Origin: Glycera tridactyla
Lineage: Eukaryota
DNA length: 64,000 nucleotides
Assembly (NCBI GenBank): GCA_965644265.1
Contig: OZ286467.1
Span: 100,564,001-100,628,000 of the forward strand
Direction of reading: 5' to 3'
Below, one piece after another: positions 46,075 through 57,656 of this stretch. The translations under genes were made by a program, and so were the position numbers. The first letter of the stretch is position 1. Each line of letters begins with the position of its first letter. The notes beneath the pieces are model-generated. The model saw only the letters and a program-made list of their open reading frames with translations. It made no database searches and had not been told where the DNA came from.

Positions 46075-46460
46075 ACAGGCACCCCATGTAGAATCCATGA
46101 CCAACCTTTTGTTATCAGGGATGTAAATGTACCGACTTTACGCAGATTTCCGTGTTTTCCATCACAAATTTGGTGGGAAATTAATACGACAAAAATGTGC
46201 ATTTTTCTGCTGATTATTTCAGATCTTAGATCATAGAGATCAGACGAGAATTAGTGGAGATGATGCACATAGTTTGTATGGAGTTACCATGAGTGGACAG
46301 TTATGAATCACCATGAGTGGGCAGTTATGAAATCTCACATGATTGGTTTGTGGGTCAAACCCTAAGGAGATTGTGGGTCAAACCTTTAAGACGGTCCTGG
46401 CCACATTAAGTAGTTTTTGTAGACAGGTGGCCTTGGTATAAGGCTGTTCCCTCTACAAAA

Positions 46461-46538
46461 TACAGTCGAACCTCCTCTAAAGACTGTCTCCCTATAAAGA
46501 CCAACCTAAGCTGGTCTTTATAGAGAGGTTCAACTGTA
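46461..46538. mobile_element. MITE family A, short copy
   Basis: TACAGTCGAACCTC...GAGGTTCAACTGTA. Confidence 0.7.
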
Positions 46539-46691
46539 TTGTCAAAATCATGCCTTCAGGTGATCTTCATAGGCAGATTGTATTTGCACAGAGGTGGATT
46601 AGAGCAGGGTTGACTATTTGATTTTGGGGATTCCTGCATTGCAAGATCAAGATTTGGTATTTTACTCGACAACTGCTCTGATCTGTTTCAG

Positions 46692-47021
46692 AAACTGCCA
46701 GCTAGAGAGTGCAGGTTTTGTGGAAGATTTGTTGTTCATGTGTCGCGCCATATTCGCACGGTGCATCTGAACATGAAAGAACACGCCTGCAGGATCTGTG
46801 GTAAAAGTTATACTGACAGGCGTAATCAGCTCAAGCATGAGAAAGCAAAGCATCCCGAATTTGACCTTTCGGCTGCTGATGAAAAAGCACAGCATCCCGA
46901 ATTTGACCTTTCGGCTGCTGCACAGCTTCCCGAATTTGACCTTTCGACTGCTGCACAGCATCCCAAATTTGACCTTTCGGCTGCTGAGTGCACAGAACAA
47001 GAAGTGCAATTCGAAAAGTAG
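46692..47021 (+). CDS. ZF terminal exon 52 (tandem-repeat tail)
   Basis: tgtttcag|AAA; ECRFCGRFVVHVSRHIRTVHLNMKEHACRICGKSYTDRRNQLKHEKAKH then (QHPEFDLSAAA)-type repeats. Confidence 0.88.
   Translation, partial: KLPARECRFCGRFVVHVSRHIRTVHLNMKEHACRICGKSYTDRRNQLKHEKAKHPEFDLSAADEKAQHPEFDLSAAAQLPEFDLSTAAQHPKFDLSAAECTEQEVQFEK
46845..46985 (+). repeat. In-frame 33-bp tandem repeat x4 in exon 52
   Basis: GCACAGCATCCCGAATTTGACCTTTCGGCTGCT x4 (first unit followed by 9 extra nt). Confidence 0.9.
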
Positions 47022-47509
47022 AGACAATGGGGCAGAGTTAGATACAAGTTCATAGTGAAAAATTCAGTGCTCAAAATGCATCTGTAATTAGTACATTGTG
47101 ACGATTAGAGATATGGTACATAAGACATTCTGTGAGCTGTCCAAATCTCGAATTCAATGTTAATTTAATTTGTTTTGTTGTATCGAGAGAAACCAGTGGT
47201 TTCAAATCAATCCCACCTAAGTTGTCAAGTTCGGGGACTCTTGTTTGCATAGACTCATTGAGGTAAATCATTTGTTCTGTATGTGGAACAGGTCATTGAT
47301 CACAGTATTTGTTCATGAATCTGTTGTGAGTTAGCCATGGTTGACGATCAAAATGTGAAATATTGTACTCGCCGAGATGGAACACACCCGATTACCGTAC
47401 TTCTTGCTTTAAGTCTTTTGTCTACCCTTGTTTCACAGTCGTCCTCTTCAAAGTTGTTAAAGTTTGGACCTTGCAAGTTACTTAGCGTGGTGGTCATTCT
47501 ATGTTTCAG

Positions 47510-47737
47510 AAGGCTCCATCCCTTAAGCTGTGTCCATATTGTCGCAAACTCATCTCTGCGCACAACCTAACACGCCATGTTCGTACTGTTCACTTGGGCT
47601 ATCGACCGTTCTCTTGCAAGATATGTGGCAGAGACTTTACAGAAAAACGCGGCCTTCAGTATCATATGATGAGTGCACATTCAAAGAGCCTGTCAGATAT
47701 GCCAGACAAGGGCAGTGCGCATGGACAGGGCACATAG
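47510..47737 (+). CDS. ZF terminal exon 53 (paralog of 51)
   Basis: tgtttcag|AAG; LCPYCRKLISAHNLTRHVRTVHLGYRPFSCKICGRDFTEKRGLQYHMMSAH. Confidence 0.88.
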   Translation, partial: KAPSLKLCPYCRKLISAHNLTRHVRTVHLGYRPFSCKICGRDFTEKRGLQYHMMSAHSKSLSDMPDKGSAHGQGT

Positions 47738-47929
47738 GTGCTCAATCCCAAATCCACGACCAACCAATCTGTTAGGCCTTCATTCCACTGTAGAGCAAAC
47801 TGTTGAAATCGTGGTCCTGGAGGCCAGGCGGTCATGGTATAGGCTAGATAATGTTTGACTATTTGCTTTCTGGACTTCTGTGTTGCAAAATCAAGATTCA
47901 ATATCTTACTTCACAACCATCTGTTTCAG

Positions 47930-48193
47930 AAACTGGCAACTGAAGAGTGCAGGTTCTGTGGGAAATTTGTTACTCGCGTGAAGCGTCATATCCGTACGGT
48001 GCATTTGAACATAAAAGCGTTTGCCTGCAGGATCTGTGGTAAACGATTCATTGAAGGGCGTAATCAGGTCCAACATGAGAGATCGCAGCACCCAGAATTT
48101 GACCTTTCGGCTGCTGTGTTCACCAAACAAGACCAAAATCCTGAAAGTAATGAAAACGAAGGGGAGTTAGATATTCAAAATAGTTCATACTGA
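47930..48193 (+). CDS. ZF terminal exon 54 (paralog of 52)
   Basis: tgtttcag|AAA; ECRFCGKFVTRVKRHIRTVHLNIKAFACRICGKRFIEGRNQVQHERSQH. Confidence 0.88.
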   Translation, partial: KLATEECRFCGKFVTRVKRHIRTVHLNIKAFACRICGKRFIEGRNQVQHERSQHPEFDLSAAVFTKQDQNPESNENEGELDIQNSSY

Positions 48194-49401
48194 AATATTC
48201 CATAAGATCAGGGAGAACATTTGATTTTTCCAACATTAGAGGTCACTGAGTTAGAATTATGAACGATAACAATTCTGAATAGTTCTAACCAGAAGGAAGG
48301 CCAGCAGTCAGTGAGGCTTTTGTAGCATTGTCCTGCGGATCCACGGGTTTCTGTGTTCTTGCTCAGAAACAGCAGGTGATGCACATGACAGTGGAGAACA
48401 TTCTCTGCTGATTATTTTGGCTTTTACATCATGAAAATCGGACCATTATCAGTGGAGATAGAGCACAATATTTGTATGGAGTTCCAGTAGCCTTCAGTCA
48501 CCAGTTGTTCTGGTTTGTTGATTCATAAAATTTTGGTATAAGTGCTCCCGGATCAGGTTTTCGGTGTTTTTGTTTGTGAGTCAATCACATCCCTGCATCA
48601 ATATATTCATTCAGTTATCAAAATATCAGTGGTTGGATAAGGTTGATCGATAGGTGTGTAATCATGAAGATTTCACTGGCAGGTATCCATTATTCAAAAG
48701 TGCACAGGCTGTATCATTTTGAGTGTAATTTTGCAATTAGCTAAGATAACGCACACTTAACACAGATGGTTATGACACCGCTGCCATTTTGATGGCATTG
48801 TGGCATTCCATGCGGTTTAGGGATTCGCTTGGTTCAAAAACTAGTTAAGATGAGTTTTTTTTGTAGAATTTGATTGCCATTTGCGTTGGGACATCACATT
48901 CTCAAAAGCATCCGTGATTGTGATACGATTTTTGTCCGAGGGAAATCTAATGTTAGTATTTGAGTATGTTGTCATAGTGTAGGATCAAAAGCCACGTTGT
49001 TTAGTGTCTGTATATTTGTTGCACAGTCGGAATAACTAGTTACGCACTGTTAATAATAAATATTATCCAGATGATACGTGCTGTGTTTTTGCTTTTTTCC
49101 AATCCACTATCTGCCCGTCGATCTTACCGCATGCACTAATGCACCCTTAATCAGAGGCGTGATTTAATTAACTCTGATGCAGAATTCATGACATATGCAA
49201 CGTCATGCAGTTCTGATATCAATTCAACAGCTATTTAGATTGCTATCTTTTTCCTGGTTTGTGGTGATTTTCCCAAAAAAGTTTTTGATATGGGAAACCT
49301 ATTGAACTCGTTGTGTTCATGCATCCGTCTTCCGAACTAGTGAGTCAACCTAACTAGTGAGTCAACCTAATGTGACAGTCCGTCTTCTTGCTGTGTTGTA
49401 G

Positions 49402-49590
49402 GGCCGGACTGAAGCTTGTCCTCTCTGTTTCACACAGATTTTGCGCAAACACATGAGCCGACACGTACAGACAGTACATCTGAAAGAGAGACGATTTCAG
49501 TGTCCCAAGTGCGCCAAATGTTTTGGCCAGAAGACTCATATGCAGCGTCATCTTGTTTTCATTCATAACCAGAAAATGACGCGAAAGTGA
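49402..49590 (+). CDS. ZF terminal exon 55 (not in ORF track)
   Basis: tgttgtag|GGC; ACPLCFTQILRKHMSRHVQTVHLKERRFQCPKCAKCFGQKTHMQRHLVFIH. Confidence 0.88.
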   Translation, partial: GRTEACPLCFTQILRKHMSRHVQTVHLKERRFQCPKCAKCFGQKTHMQRHLVFIHNQKMTRK

Positions 49591-50616
49591 CAACCAAAGC
49601 TAGCTTGTAAATAATATGCATAATATTTTTTTACTAGCCTGCCAGTAGCAAAATAGTCATAGGCTAAGAATATCATCAAAGATGTTCACTCACAAATATG
49701 AGATGAAATTTGCATTACTGATTGCCGATATGCCGACCATTATGATCTCGAAAAAAATCATTAATCTTCAAGAGCCAAGATTTTGGCAGTTGGCTCAATT
49801 TCGCACCTGCTTCACTGCCATAATGGATGATATACATGTAGGTTGGATAAAATCGAGCCATTATATATACTGGTAGTCGAGTCAAGGTGTGGGAATTACC
49901 TGTGAAATTAGATTTGTAAGTGAAAGTTCGGTTACTTGAGGTGGTGCCATACCAGTATCCTTACGATCAACCTCCATAGGATGTCTCACTCAGAAAAGGA
50001 TCTCTCAGTCTGAGAAATTAATTGGAGCCAGTGGAATCACCCTGCAAACATGACAGTATCAGCGAGATATTGAGCCAATACGAGAAAAAACTTGGATGGT
50101 ATCGGCTTGATACTTGACTGACGGCAGTACCGGCCCGATGCTGTCCTGATACAAGATTGCTGTCATGAGGGTTTTATGAAACCAGTACTGGGCCATTTCT
50201 GTCTCAATCCAAGCAAACCAATACCAATCAGGTACCAGTGATTTGATATCACATGGCATCGGTGAGTTCACAGATCGACCCAAGGAATACATGTCAGCGG
50301 ATGGTTATAAACTGGCTGGAATTGATGCAGTTCACATTGAGAAATCTCGTGCAGGTGTTGCCTAAAAAGCTCGTCATATTCGATGAAATGTGAATTTACT
50401 GATTGCTGATTATCCTTTGTTTCAGAAAGGTAGCATTACTCTGTTCTATATATATTTTGGGCCACTTTGATTCCCAAAATATCAGCGGACCGTTAAAAAT
50501 TGATATGGCTTTCCATTAGTAGTTGAATGCATTCTGAGCAGGATTTTTTCTGGTATTGAGGTGGAATATATTTGTTAAAAGTCAGTAAAAGCAGTGGTGA
50601 CTCTTCTCTGTTGTAG

Positions 50617-50862
50617 GGCGGAACAACCCTGTGCCCAATATGTCATGCTCCAACTATTCGCAAGAATCTCCAACGCCATATTCGCACAGTCCACCTCAAA
50701 GAGAAAAAGTTCTCTTGCCCAGTTTGTCACAAGTTGTTTGGGCAGAAGGTTCATATGAAAGGACATGTGTCCAATAAGCATCGCGACTTTATAGAAGGCA
50801 GGCCTGAGATTCTCGCTTCCATTGCGTCACGGAAAGCGTACTATAGTGATGTCCGCCCCTGA
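50617..50862 (+). CDS. ZF terminal exon 56 (not in ORF track)
   Basis: tgttgtag|GGC; LCPICHAPTIRKNLQRHIRTVHLKEKKFSCPVCHKLFGQKVHMKGHVSNKH. Confidence 0.88.
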   Translation, partial: GGTTLCPICHAPTIRKNLQRHIRTVHLKEKKFSCPVCHKLFGQKVHMKGHVSNKHRDFIEGRPEILASIASRKAYYSDVRP

Positions 50863-51758
50863 AGATACAGAATTTTTCGGGTTAGACATTCGCTCCTTGA
50901 GCAAATCTGACATCGTTAGAGACTGAAATGTTCCCCGTGAACAACTTCAAGATGTAGAAAGCTAATAATACTTACAATTGAAGCGTTCCGAGACACATCC
51001 AGATTCTTCCACCGGCTCATGACGGAGGTGCGATCACCTGATCTTGTTGTGAAGAACTGCTCATGTCAGCTTTTTAGTTTGATAGGAATAAGAATTAGTT
51101 TTTAGTTTGTGACGTTTATGGGTTATAAGGAAAGGAATAATTTTGATTAATAATCATCTGAGATTTTTTTCAAGATCCATTTTGATTGAAGTTCATTCCA
51201 CAAGTTAATTTAGAAGTTGGGCGTATTGATAATGCTCAAATCATCACCACAACTTGCATAGGAACTTCGGATGCCACTAAGATTTCAGAGTTGATAATCC
51301 GCCATGGTTGAGGGTCATCTCTTCAGCGTAGATTGAATGAAAGATTTTGGACTTCCCAAAATATGCATAAAAGTTGAGCCTCAGAGTATTGTCAGGAAAA
51401 TGTATTATTCTCGATGATCATCGAATATAATATGCTTGATATGCTCAGAATCCTCGCAGTCGTTGCTGTGTCCCTACACCCGGGTTGTAATATGAAGGCT
51501 AGTCAAGTAGACTTGATTTATTCACTGGTGATTTTCCTTAGCGAGTTGCTTACCAAACCATCGAACTTATGCTGTCGATTTTGATTTCTTTGAGTTTCAT
51601 TCTGGTGTTACTTCACAAAAGATTTGGATCTGAAAACCTGTAGAGATACCGAGGGCAGATATTTTCTATGTTCATTCCGTTATGGTTTCACTTCACAAAG
51701 AATTTAATCCAAGAAACGTTTTAAGATACTGAGTGGAGATGTTGATTTTATGTTGTAG

Positions 51759-53048
51759 GCTCTCAGTGAGTGTCCCATTTGTCATGAGATCAAACTTCGC
51801 ACCAGTCTGAGACGACACATAGAGAATGTTCATCTCAAAGAGAGGACTCATGCATGTACATTGTGTGGCCGTGCTTTCGGCCAAAAGGCGTCTCTCAACC
51901 GCCATATCAAGATGGTACATTCCGAGCCAAAACACCGTCTACAGAAATCATCGAAATCAAAAATTCTCTCAGCATCGAAGCGTAAACGCTTTGTTAGCAA
52001 AGTAGTCAATGCTACAGTGATTGATGAAAAGTTGACGAAAGTACCTCAGGTGATGTTAACAGATATAGCAGTAAAACCCGGAACAGTGAAGAAGCATTCC
52101 GAATCTGAAGTATCGGCTGAGGCCGATACAAGTGTGGAAGCCATCGCTTACCCTGAAATTGTTGCCAGTGAAGAGACGCAGTTCATGGTAGTAGTCGATA
52201 TAGATGATGCCAGCGATACCCCTGATTCCGCAGCCAAAACGCAATCTGTGTCCTCAAAGGTTAGGAGTCCTAGGAAGATGCAATCGGGTGAAGCAACAGG
52301 GGACAACAAAACTGGCGAAAATGTTGTGAAGAACATTTCTAAGGCGCATCCCTCAGAAATTCAGAGAAAAAGTATGCGAGCGAAGAGAGCAAGCCGAATG
52401 CTAGGCTCGGATTTCATTACAGATGACGCCGCCTATAAGCAGGGCAGCCAAAATCCTGACAGGGATTTGATTTTGAAAAAGTCTGGACTGAACTCTCCCA
52501 GTTCATCGAGTGACCATGAATATGCTTCGGAAAATCCAGTCAAAGCTCCTGTAAGAGTGAAATATGCCAGGAAAATGACTCCACAACCCTCAGAATCTGA
52601 AAAGGCAGAAATCCACAAAATATTGAAGCAAATGGCTCTCAAACCCCCTATAACAAGAACGCCTTCAAAATCCAATGAGCATTTTCCTTGTCCCATTTGT
52701 AAAAATCGCTATTATATGAAGGGTATGAAGAGGCATATAGTTACGGTTCATCTAGGACAGAGGGATCATGCATGTCCAGTGTGTGAGAAATCCTTTGGTC
52801 AAAGGGGCTCGATGCTGAGACATCGTAGGATGGTGCATAAAGACGTAGAGGATGTCTCGGATGATGGGACGTCATCAAGTCTGAGTGAAACCGAGGACGA
52901 AACAGAGGATGTGTCAGAAGATGACGCCACCATGGCACAAGATGACGCCACTGTAGACGGCGTTCTGAGCACTTCTGACCTAGCAGAACAGCCAGTAGTT
53001 ATCAGCGAGGCAACAAATGCAGAAGATGGAGAAAGCATGCCCATCTAA
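51759..53048 (+). CDS. ZF terminal exon 57: 429-aa cassette with two finger pairs separated by a long low-complexity spacer
   Basis: tgttgtag|GCT; ALSECPICHEIKLRTSLRRHIENVHLKERTHACTLCGRAFGQKASLNRHIKMVH ... PCPICKNRYYMKGMKRHIVTVHLGQRDHACPVCEKSFGQRGSMLRHRRMVH + acidic tail; in frame with ORF 51861..53048. Confidence 0.9.
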   Translation, partial: ALSECPICHEIKLRTSLRRHIENVHLKERTHACTLCGRAFGQKASLNRHIKMVHSEPKHRLQKSSKSKILSASKRKRFVSKVVNATVIDEKLTKVPQVMLTDIAVKPGTVKKHSESEVSAEADTSVEAIAYPEIVASEETQFMVVVDIDDASDTPDSAAKTQSVSSKVRSPRKMQSGEATGDNKTGENVVKNISKAHPSEIQRKSMRAKRASRMLGSDFITDDAAYKQGSQNPDRDLILKKSGLNSPSSSSDHEYASENPVKAPVRVKYARKMTPQPSESEKAEIHKILKQMALKPPITRTPSKSNEHFPCPICKNRYYMKGMKRHIVTVHLGQRDHACPVCEKSFGQRGSMLRHRRMVHKDVEDVSDDGTSSSLSETEDETEDVSEDDATMAQDDATVDGVLSTSDLAEQPVVISEATNAEDGESMPI

Positions 53049-55480
53049 TAGGTAGAATATGACCTCTTGGCCAAGCTAGATTTGGTTTTCATTCCATTCA
53101 TGAGGTGGCAGCTGTTTGAATTTGATCATGGAGATTTCACTTATGTTTGTTTTGTTTATTATCTGTTTTGTGGACACACTCTTTAAACCATAATGTGTTC
53201 AATAATACAACAAGCATCTGATATTTGGCACGGTTGATCTTGTTCGATGGAAGCAGACTCATATACGCCACCATTTCAATGTCGGAATTGTTGTGGGTGT
53301 TGGCCGAGGTCAGCATCTCTCCTGTAGGATTTAGTTCATGTTATATGTTTTAATGAGTAAGGATTTAATTGAGCCAAGGGAGCAATTTTCACAAGCACCA
53401 TAACGATTGGCGGATACCACATACTACAGTGATGCCAATTTCCGAATATTTTGTGAATTTCAAAAATTGTGTGAAAAATTGGAAGTTGAGGAATTTCCTG
53501 AAATTTCGTGGAGTTTTTAGATTAGATAATTGTGAAATTATGTGGTCATTTCTGTTCATCCATCCTCATTTCCGAGAATTCTCTGTCCTCTCATTGACAT
53601 TACTGGTACTTCAATGCTTATGTGTTAATATATATTGCCCCCCCCCCCCCCCCCCCCCCCCCCCTTAGCGCTAGCCGTTAGTTAATTAGCCAGGACCGAA
53701 GCTTTTCTCATCTAGCTAAAGCAAGTGACTATTCTTGATTCTTAGCCAAATCAGCTAAAAAGAATTCAGCTGAAGCAAATAGTCAGGAGAAATCTCTTTT
53801 AAGGCTGGAAATATAGATATCTCACTTGTGAATCTAGATACACCAATGTATGCAGAAATGCCAAACATTAGGATTCTGGAGTGATGGTTGCTCTTTGTGA
53901 GCCAATATCCAGGCATTTCATGCATAACGTCATTCCATGAAATCCATGATTCTCTTATTTGCTAATAATTTCCGAAGCGCCACTCGTCCTCCTAGCGGAA
54001 TTTGAACGATAGCGGAATTCGAACGAACTTATGAGCAGAGCAAAGCACACATCGTGTGATTCACGGAGAAACGATTGCAATCGAGTTGCTCAACAATGGC
54101 CCCTTATGCCGGTTTCTTACACCAAATCCGTTGTTCTTCATTGGCATTATCTGGACCCTAAAAATTGTGTTTGGTGCCCTGAAATCGCCCTAAATTTGGT
54201 GGTGGTCTGGTGGTATGAACCCTGTGATTATTGCAAATACTGACATTGTTAATTTGTCGCTCTTAAAATTTAGCGTAACTACTAATAATAGTTTTCAGAG
54301 GTGAAGGTTGGCATCCGTGTGAAAGTGATGGAGGTGACAGAAATTGCCTCACTTTGATTTTGGCTGAAGCTTGGCTGAAAGTGGATCAGCTGCCTTAGCC
54401 AAATTTACTGTAAGATATTTTGTTTTAGCGCTGACACAGATTTTGTTGTACTACTCATGTTTTGTGAATGTTTGATCGACCAGCTGTTTGAGAATAAAAA
54501 GTCACGTTAATCATCTGTCTGCATTGTTGCATTCATTTTGAAGGTTTGATCCTGTCAGCTCTCTCCCGTCATGCGGACCAAGTGGAACTGGGTCATTTAA
54601 GATGGTGGTGATAGTAATTGTTGAGTTGGCATCCAACTGTTGTCATAGATACAATTAGACTTGTTCCAAGCATGGAGCTGCAGGACATGTGAAATGTATG
54701 TGCTTAGAGCAAGTTCATGCTCAGTACAGGTCAAACATAGTGGAGAATATTCTGGTGGTATGAACAGAACCCTATTGCTTAGGACAAGCTCAGCTGAACC
54801 ATCTAAAGCATTTCCTTGTACTGCTTTTTGGTCAAAAAAAAAGCATTGTTATCAGGCTCAAGTGTCAGTTATCAGCCGCTCACTCACACAGTTGGGTAAG
54901 ACATCTGCAGGTTCACTGTGTTGATGTCCAACAGGTAGAGGTGTGTCTGAACTGTCAGCTACTTCCACTTGACAACCCTTCAGGTCCCCTATCATTTCCT
55001 GTTCAGGGTTTGTGAGAGTGATGCCTGAAAGGGAGAGAACATCTGGCTCTCATTGACCAGGAATGTATGGCTTACTCCCTCTGGTTTGATACAGGCCGTT
55101 AGTCCACAAACAAACAGACAACTTCTCAGGTTCACCATCTTGTGTCTGAGGTTTGTGAGAGTGATACTCCAAAAGAGCAAAAATCTATATTTCATCGACC
55201 ATCAATGTACAGCATGCATTCTAGTATATGTAGGGATAGCATGAGAAAACCAATTACTGTTGAACCTCTTGGGAGACGAAGACCACATGCCTGTAAAGGG
55301 TCGCTGCAATCGTTATGGTATGTTCAACAGTAAATTACTTCTATAAAGACCACCTGCTGTGAAGGCCACTTGATGTGACTGAAGGTGGCCTTATAGACAG
55401 GTTTGACTATGTTCACGGAAAATTCAGCTTCATCATCTTGGCATCACTGTGACCCTTGGACTGCCGCTTGTGTGTTGCAG

Positions 55481-55666
55481 GTCCTTCCGACCAACCAATG
55501 TCCTATCTGTAAGGAATGGCGTAGTGATATGAAGCGGCATATTCGAACCGTTCATCTCAAGGAAAAACGTTTTCAGTGTCCGGTCTGTCATAAGCGGTTT
55601 GGGGAGAGTGGAAACATGAAGAAACACATGGCAATACATATGGACGAACAAACAGAACCGTTATAA
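55481..55666 (+). CDS. ZF terminal exon 58
   Basis: tgttgcag|GTC; QCPICKEWRSDMKRHIRTVHLKEKRFQCPVCHKRFGESGNMKKHMAIH. Confidence 0.88.
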   Translation, partial: VLPTNQCPICKEWRSDMKRHIRTVHLKEKRFQCPVCHKRFGESGNMKKHMAIHMDEQTEPL

Positions 55667-56016
55667 TCCTGTCACCATGACAATACTTGAATCCTTTAAT
55701 AGGGCGCTAGATTAACTTTTAACTTACAATCATAGCCTCAAAATTGGTTTGGCAGCCCTTAGCGTAGGGCCCTCATTAGTCACTCAATACTACTTCCACT
55801 TGACAACCTTTCATTATCTTGTGTTCAGGGTATGTGAGAGTGATGCCTGCAGGGGACAGAATATTTTGCTTTCAGTGACCACGAACACACGGCATACATG
55901 ATCCTCTTGGTTGATACATGCCGTCAAACCACAAAACAAACTTGCTATCAAACCTCAATCGCCTCAATCAAATATGAACAAACAAATCAATCAATCAATT
56001 TTACTGACTGTTGTAG

Positions 56017-56214
56017 GGCGTGGCTTCCTTCATCTGCTCTCTCTGCCCGACCGTGTTCAGGAGAAAGCACCATCTGACACGGCACATTGCGACCGTGCAC
56101 ATGAAAAGGAAGCCTCACTCCTGCCCCGTGTGTTTTAAGCAGTTTGGCGAAAGTGGCAACATGAAAAAACACATAGTCATGGTGCATCCAGAAAATGTCG
56201 TTGAACACCGATAG
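56017..56214 (+). CDS. ZF terminal exon 59
   Basis: tgttgtag|GGC; ICSLCPTVFRRKHHLTRHIATVHMKRKPHSCPVCFKQFGESGNMKKHIVMVH. Confidence 0.88.
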   Translation, partial: GVASFICSLCPTVFRRKHHLTRHIATVHMKRKPHSCPVCFKQFGESGNMKKHIVMVHPENVVEHR

Positions 56215-56454
56215 CTCTTGTAGGCCTCCTGTAGTACTTGGTGAAATTAGTTTCGTTTTATATATTGGGAAACAACGTTTTGTGACTTTTCCTAGTGGAG
56301 TCATTCATATTTTGCTGAATCTCATCATGCGGATATTCATTTTTTCTTACCGTGAAGCAACATCCATGATTGTACAGTTGAACCTGCTAGAGAAACCACC
56401 TTCATACAAAGGCCACTTACCTTCAAAGGTCACCGTGAGCCACGACTTGAAGAG

Positions 56455-56950
56455 TACCGTATTCTCCCTAATTAGCGCCCCCACCCTCATAAGCGCCCCC
56501 CCCCCCCCCCCCTCCATGGATTTGAGAGATTTATGCATGGATACAACACTATTTGATGCCAGGAAATTAATTTGTATGATCGTTTTCACTGTGAGTTCGA
56601 TATTTCTTGGGCAATTCATCGCGGCTAACGATGTCTAAAAACACATGATTGACTTGTCAAAGTGAGAGTGGTTAGCAGGTTGTGCAGACGCCGCCACTCT
56701 TTATCACTGTTCATTCGGCGAATATTTGTCGTATCCTCATAGTTCTATCGTTTTTTCTCTTATATGACACAAATAGAGATCGAGTGATACATTAATCGAA
56801 TGTTTCTTGATATTTCACCAGCCTCTGGCGTTATGTTCGCGAAAATACCCTATTATTGCCCATCGACGATTTTTCATATCTTGAACAAATAAGCGCCCCC
56901 CTTTTTCAATTAGCAAGCGCCCCGGGGCGCTGATTAGGGAGAATACGGTA
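56455..56950. mobile_element. MITE with TACCGTATTCTCCCTAATTAGCGCCC termini
   Basis: About 26-bp inverted termini (..GGGCGCTGATTAGGGAGAATACGGTA), TA flanks. Confidence 0.75.
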
Positions 56951-57458
56951 TATTTAACATTAAACAACCTCAAGTGTCAGCTTCCAGTCATGTCATCATT
57001 AGATTCAGTTTGTTCATGTTGAGTAGGTAGAGGTGTGTCTGAACTGTCAGCCACTTCCACTTGACAACCTTTCATTTTATGTTCAGGGATTGTGAGAGAA
57101 ATGCATGCAGGGGACAGAACATCTAGCTTTCATCAAGCAGGAACACAAGGCATACATGACCTGAGGGATGATGTGAAATCTCAAATAAAACAAAACAAAC
57201 ATTAAACTAATGCCACCTGTATGGGCTTGATGTGACGTTGATCCATTAGCAACCAACCATCCATGTGTCCACAAAAATCGCTCATCGATGCAACTGTGAA
57301 CGGTCTTCGTAGGCCGATTCAACTATACATTCTATCAGTAGGGTAGAGCCCTAGTTCTGATTTTTTCATGAGCCCAGCACCGGATCCAGTAGCCCATGGC
57401 TACGGGGCTACTGCTAATCTTGAATGGTGGTGAATGATGGCTGGTTTGTCTGTTGCAG

Positions 57459-57656
57459 GGCCCGAGACTGCCCTGCCCATCATGCACTGCTTCATTTAAG
57501 CGAGGCTGCGACCTAAATCGGCACGTACGCACCGTCCATCTGAAAAGGAAACCCCACGCTTGTCCTATTTGTTCCAAACGTTTTGGTGAAAGGGGGAACA
57601 TGAAGAAACATATAGCTCTTGTTCACCCTGACCAGTTTGTATTTAACTCGCCATGA
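57459..57656 (+). CDS. ZF terminal exon 60
   Basis: tgttgcag|GGC; PCPSCTASFKRGCDLNRHVRTVHLKRKPHACPICSKRFGERGNMKKHIALVH. Confidence 0.88.
   Translation, partial: GPRLPCPSCTASFKRGCDLNRHVRTVHLKRKPHACPICSKRFGERGNMKKHIALVHPDQFVFNSP

Noticed and set aside
6119-47737. ORF-track starts such as MFQ/MLQ read as start codons of many tiny single-exon ZF genes
   Set aside because: They are the acceptor itself (ATG/GTG-TTT-CAG, GTG-TTG-CAG); many are GTG/TTG, and cassettes with TAG acceptors have an in-frame stop there.
53638-53665. Long poly-C run (also poly-G near 35987-36003) as a G-quadruplex or regulatory element
   Set aside because: Simple homopolymers of unreliable length with no supporting context.
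56195-56638. 147-aa ORF
   Set aside because: Spans MITE sequence and a poly-C run; no coding signature.
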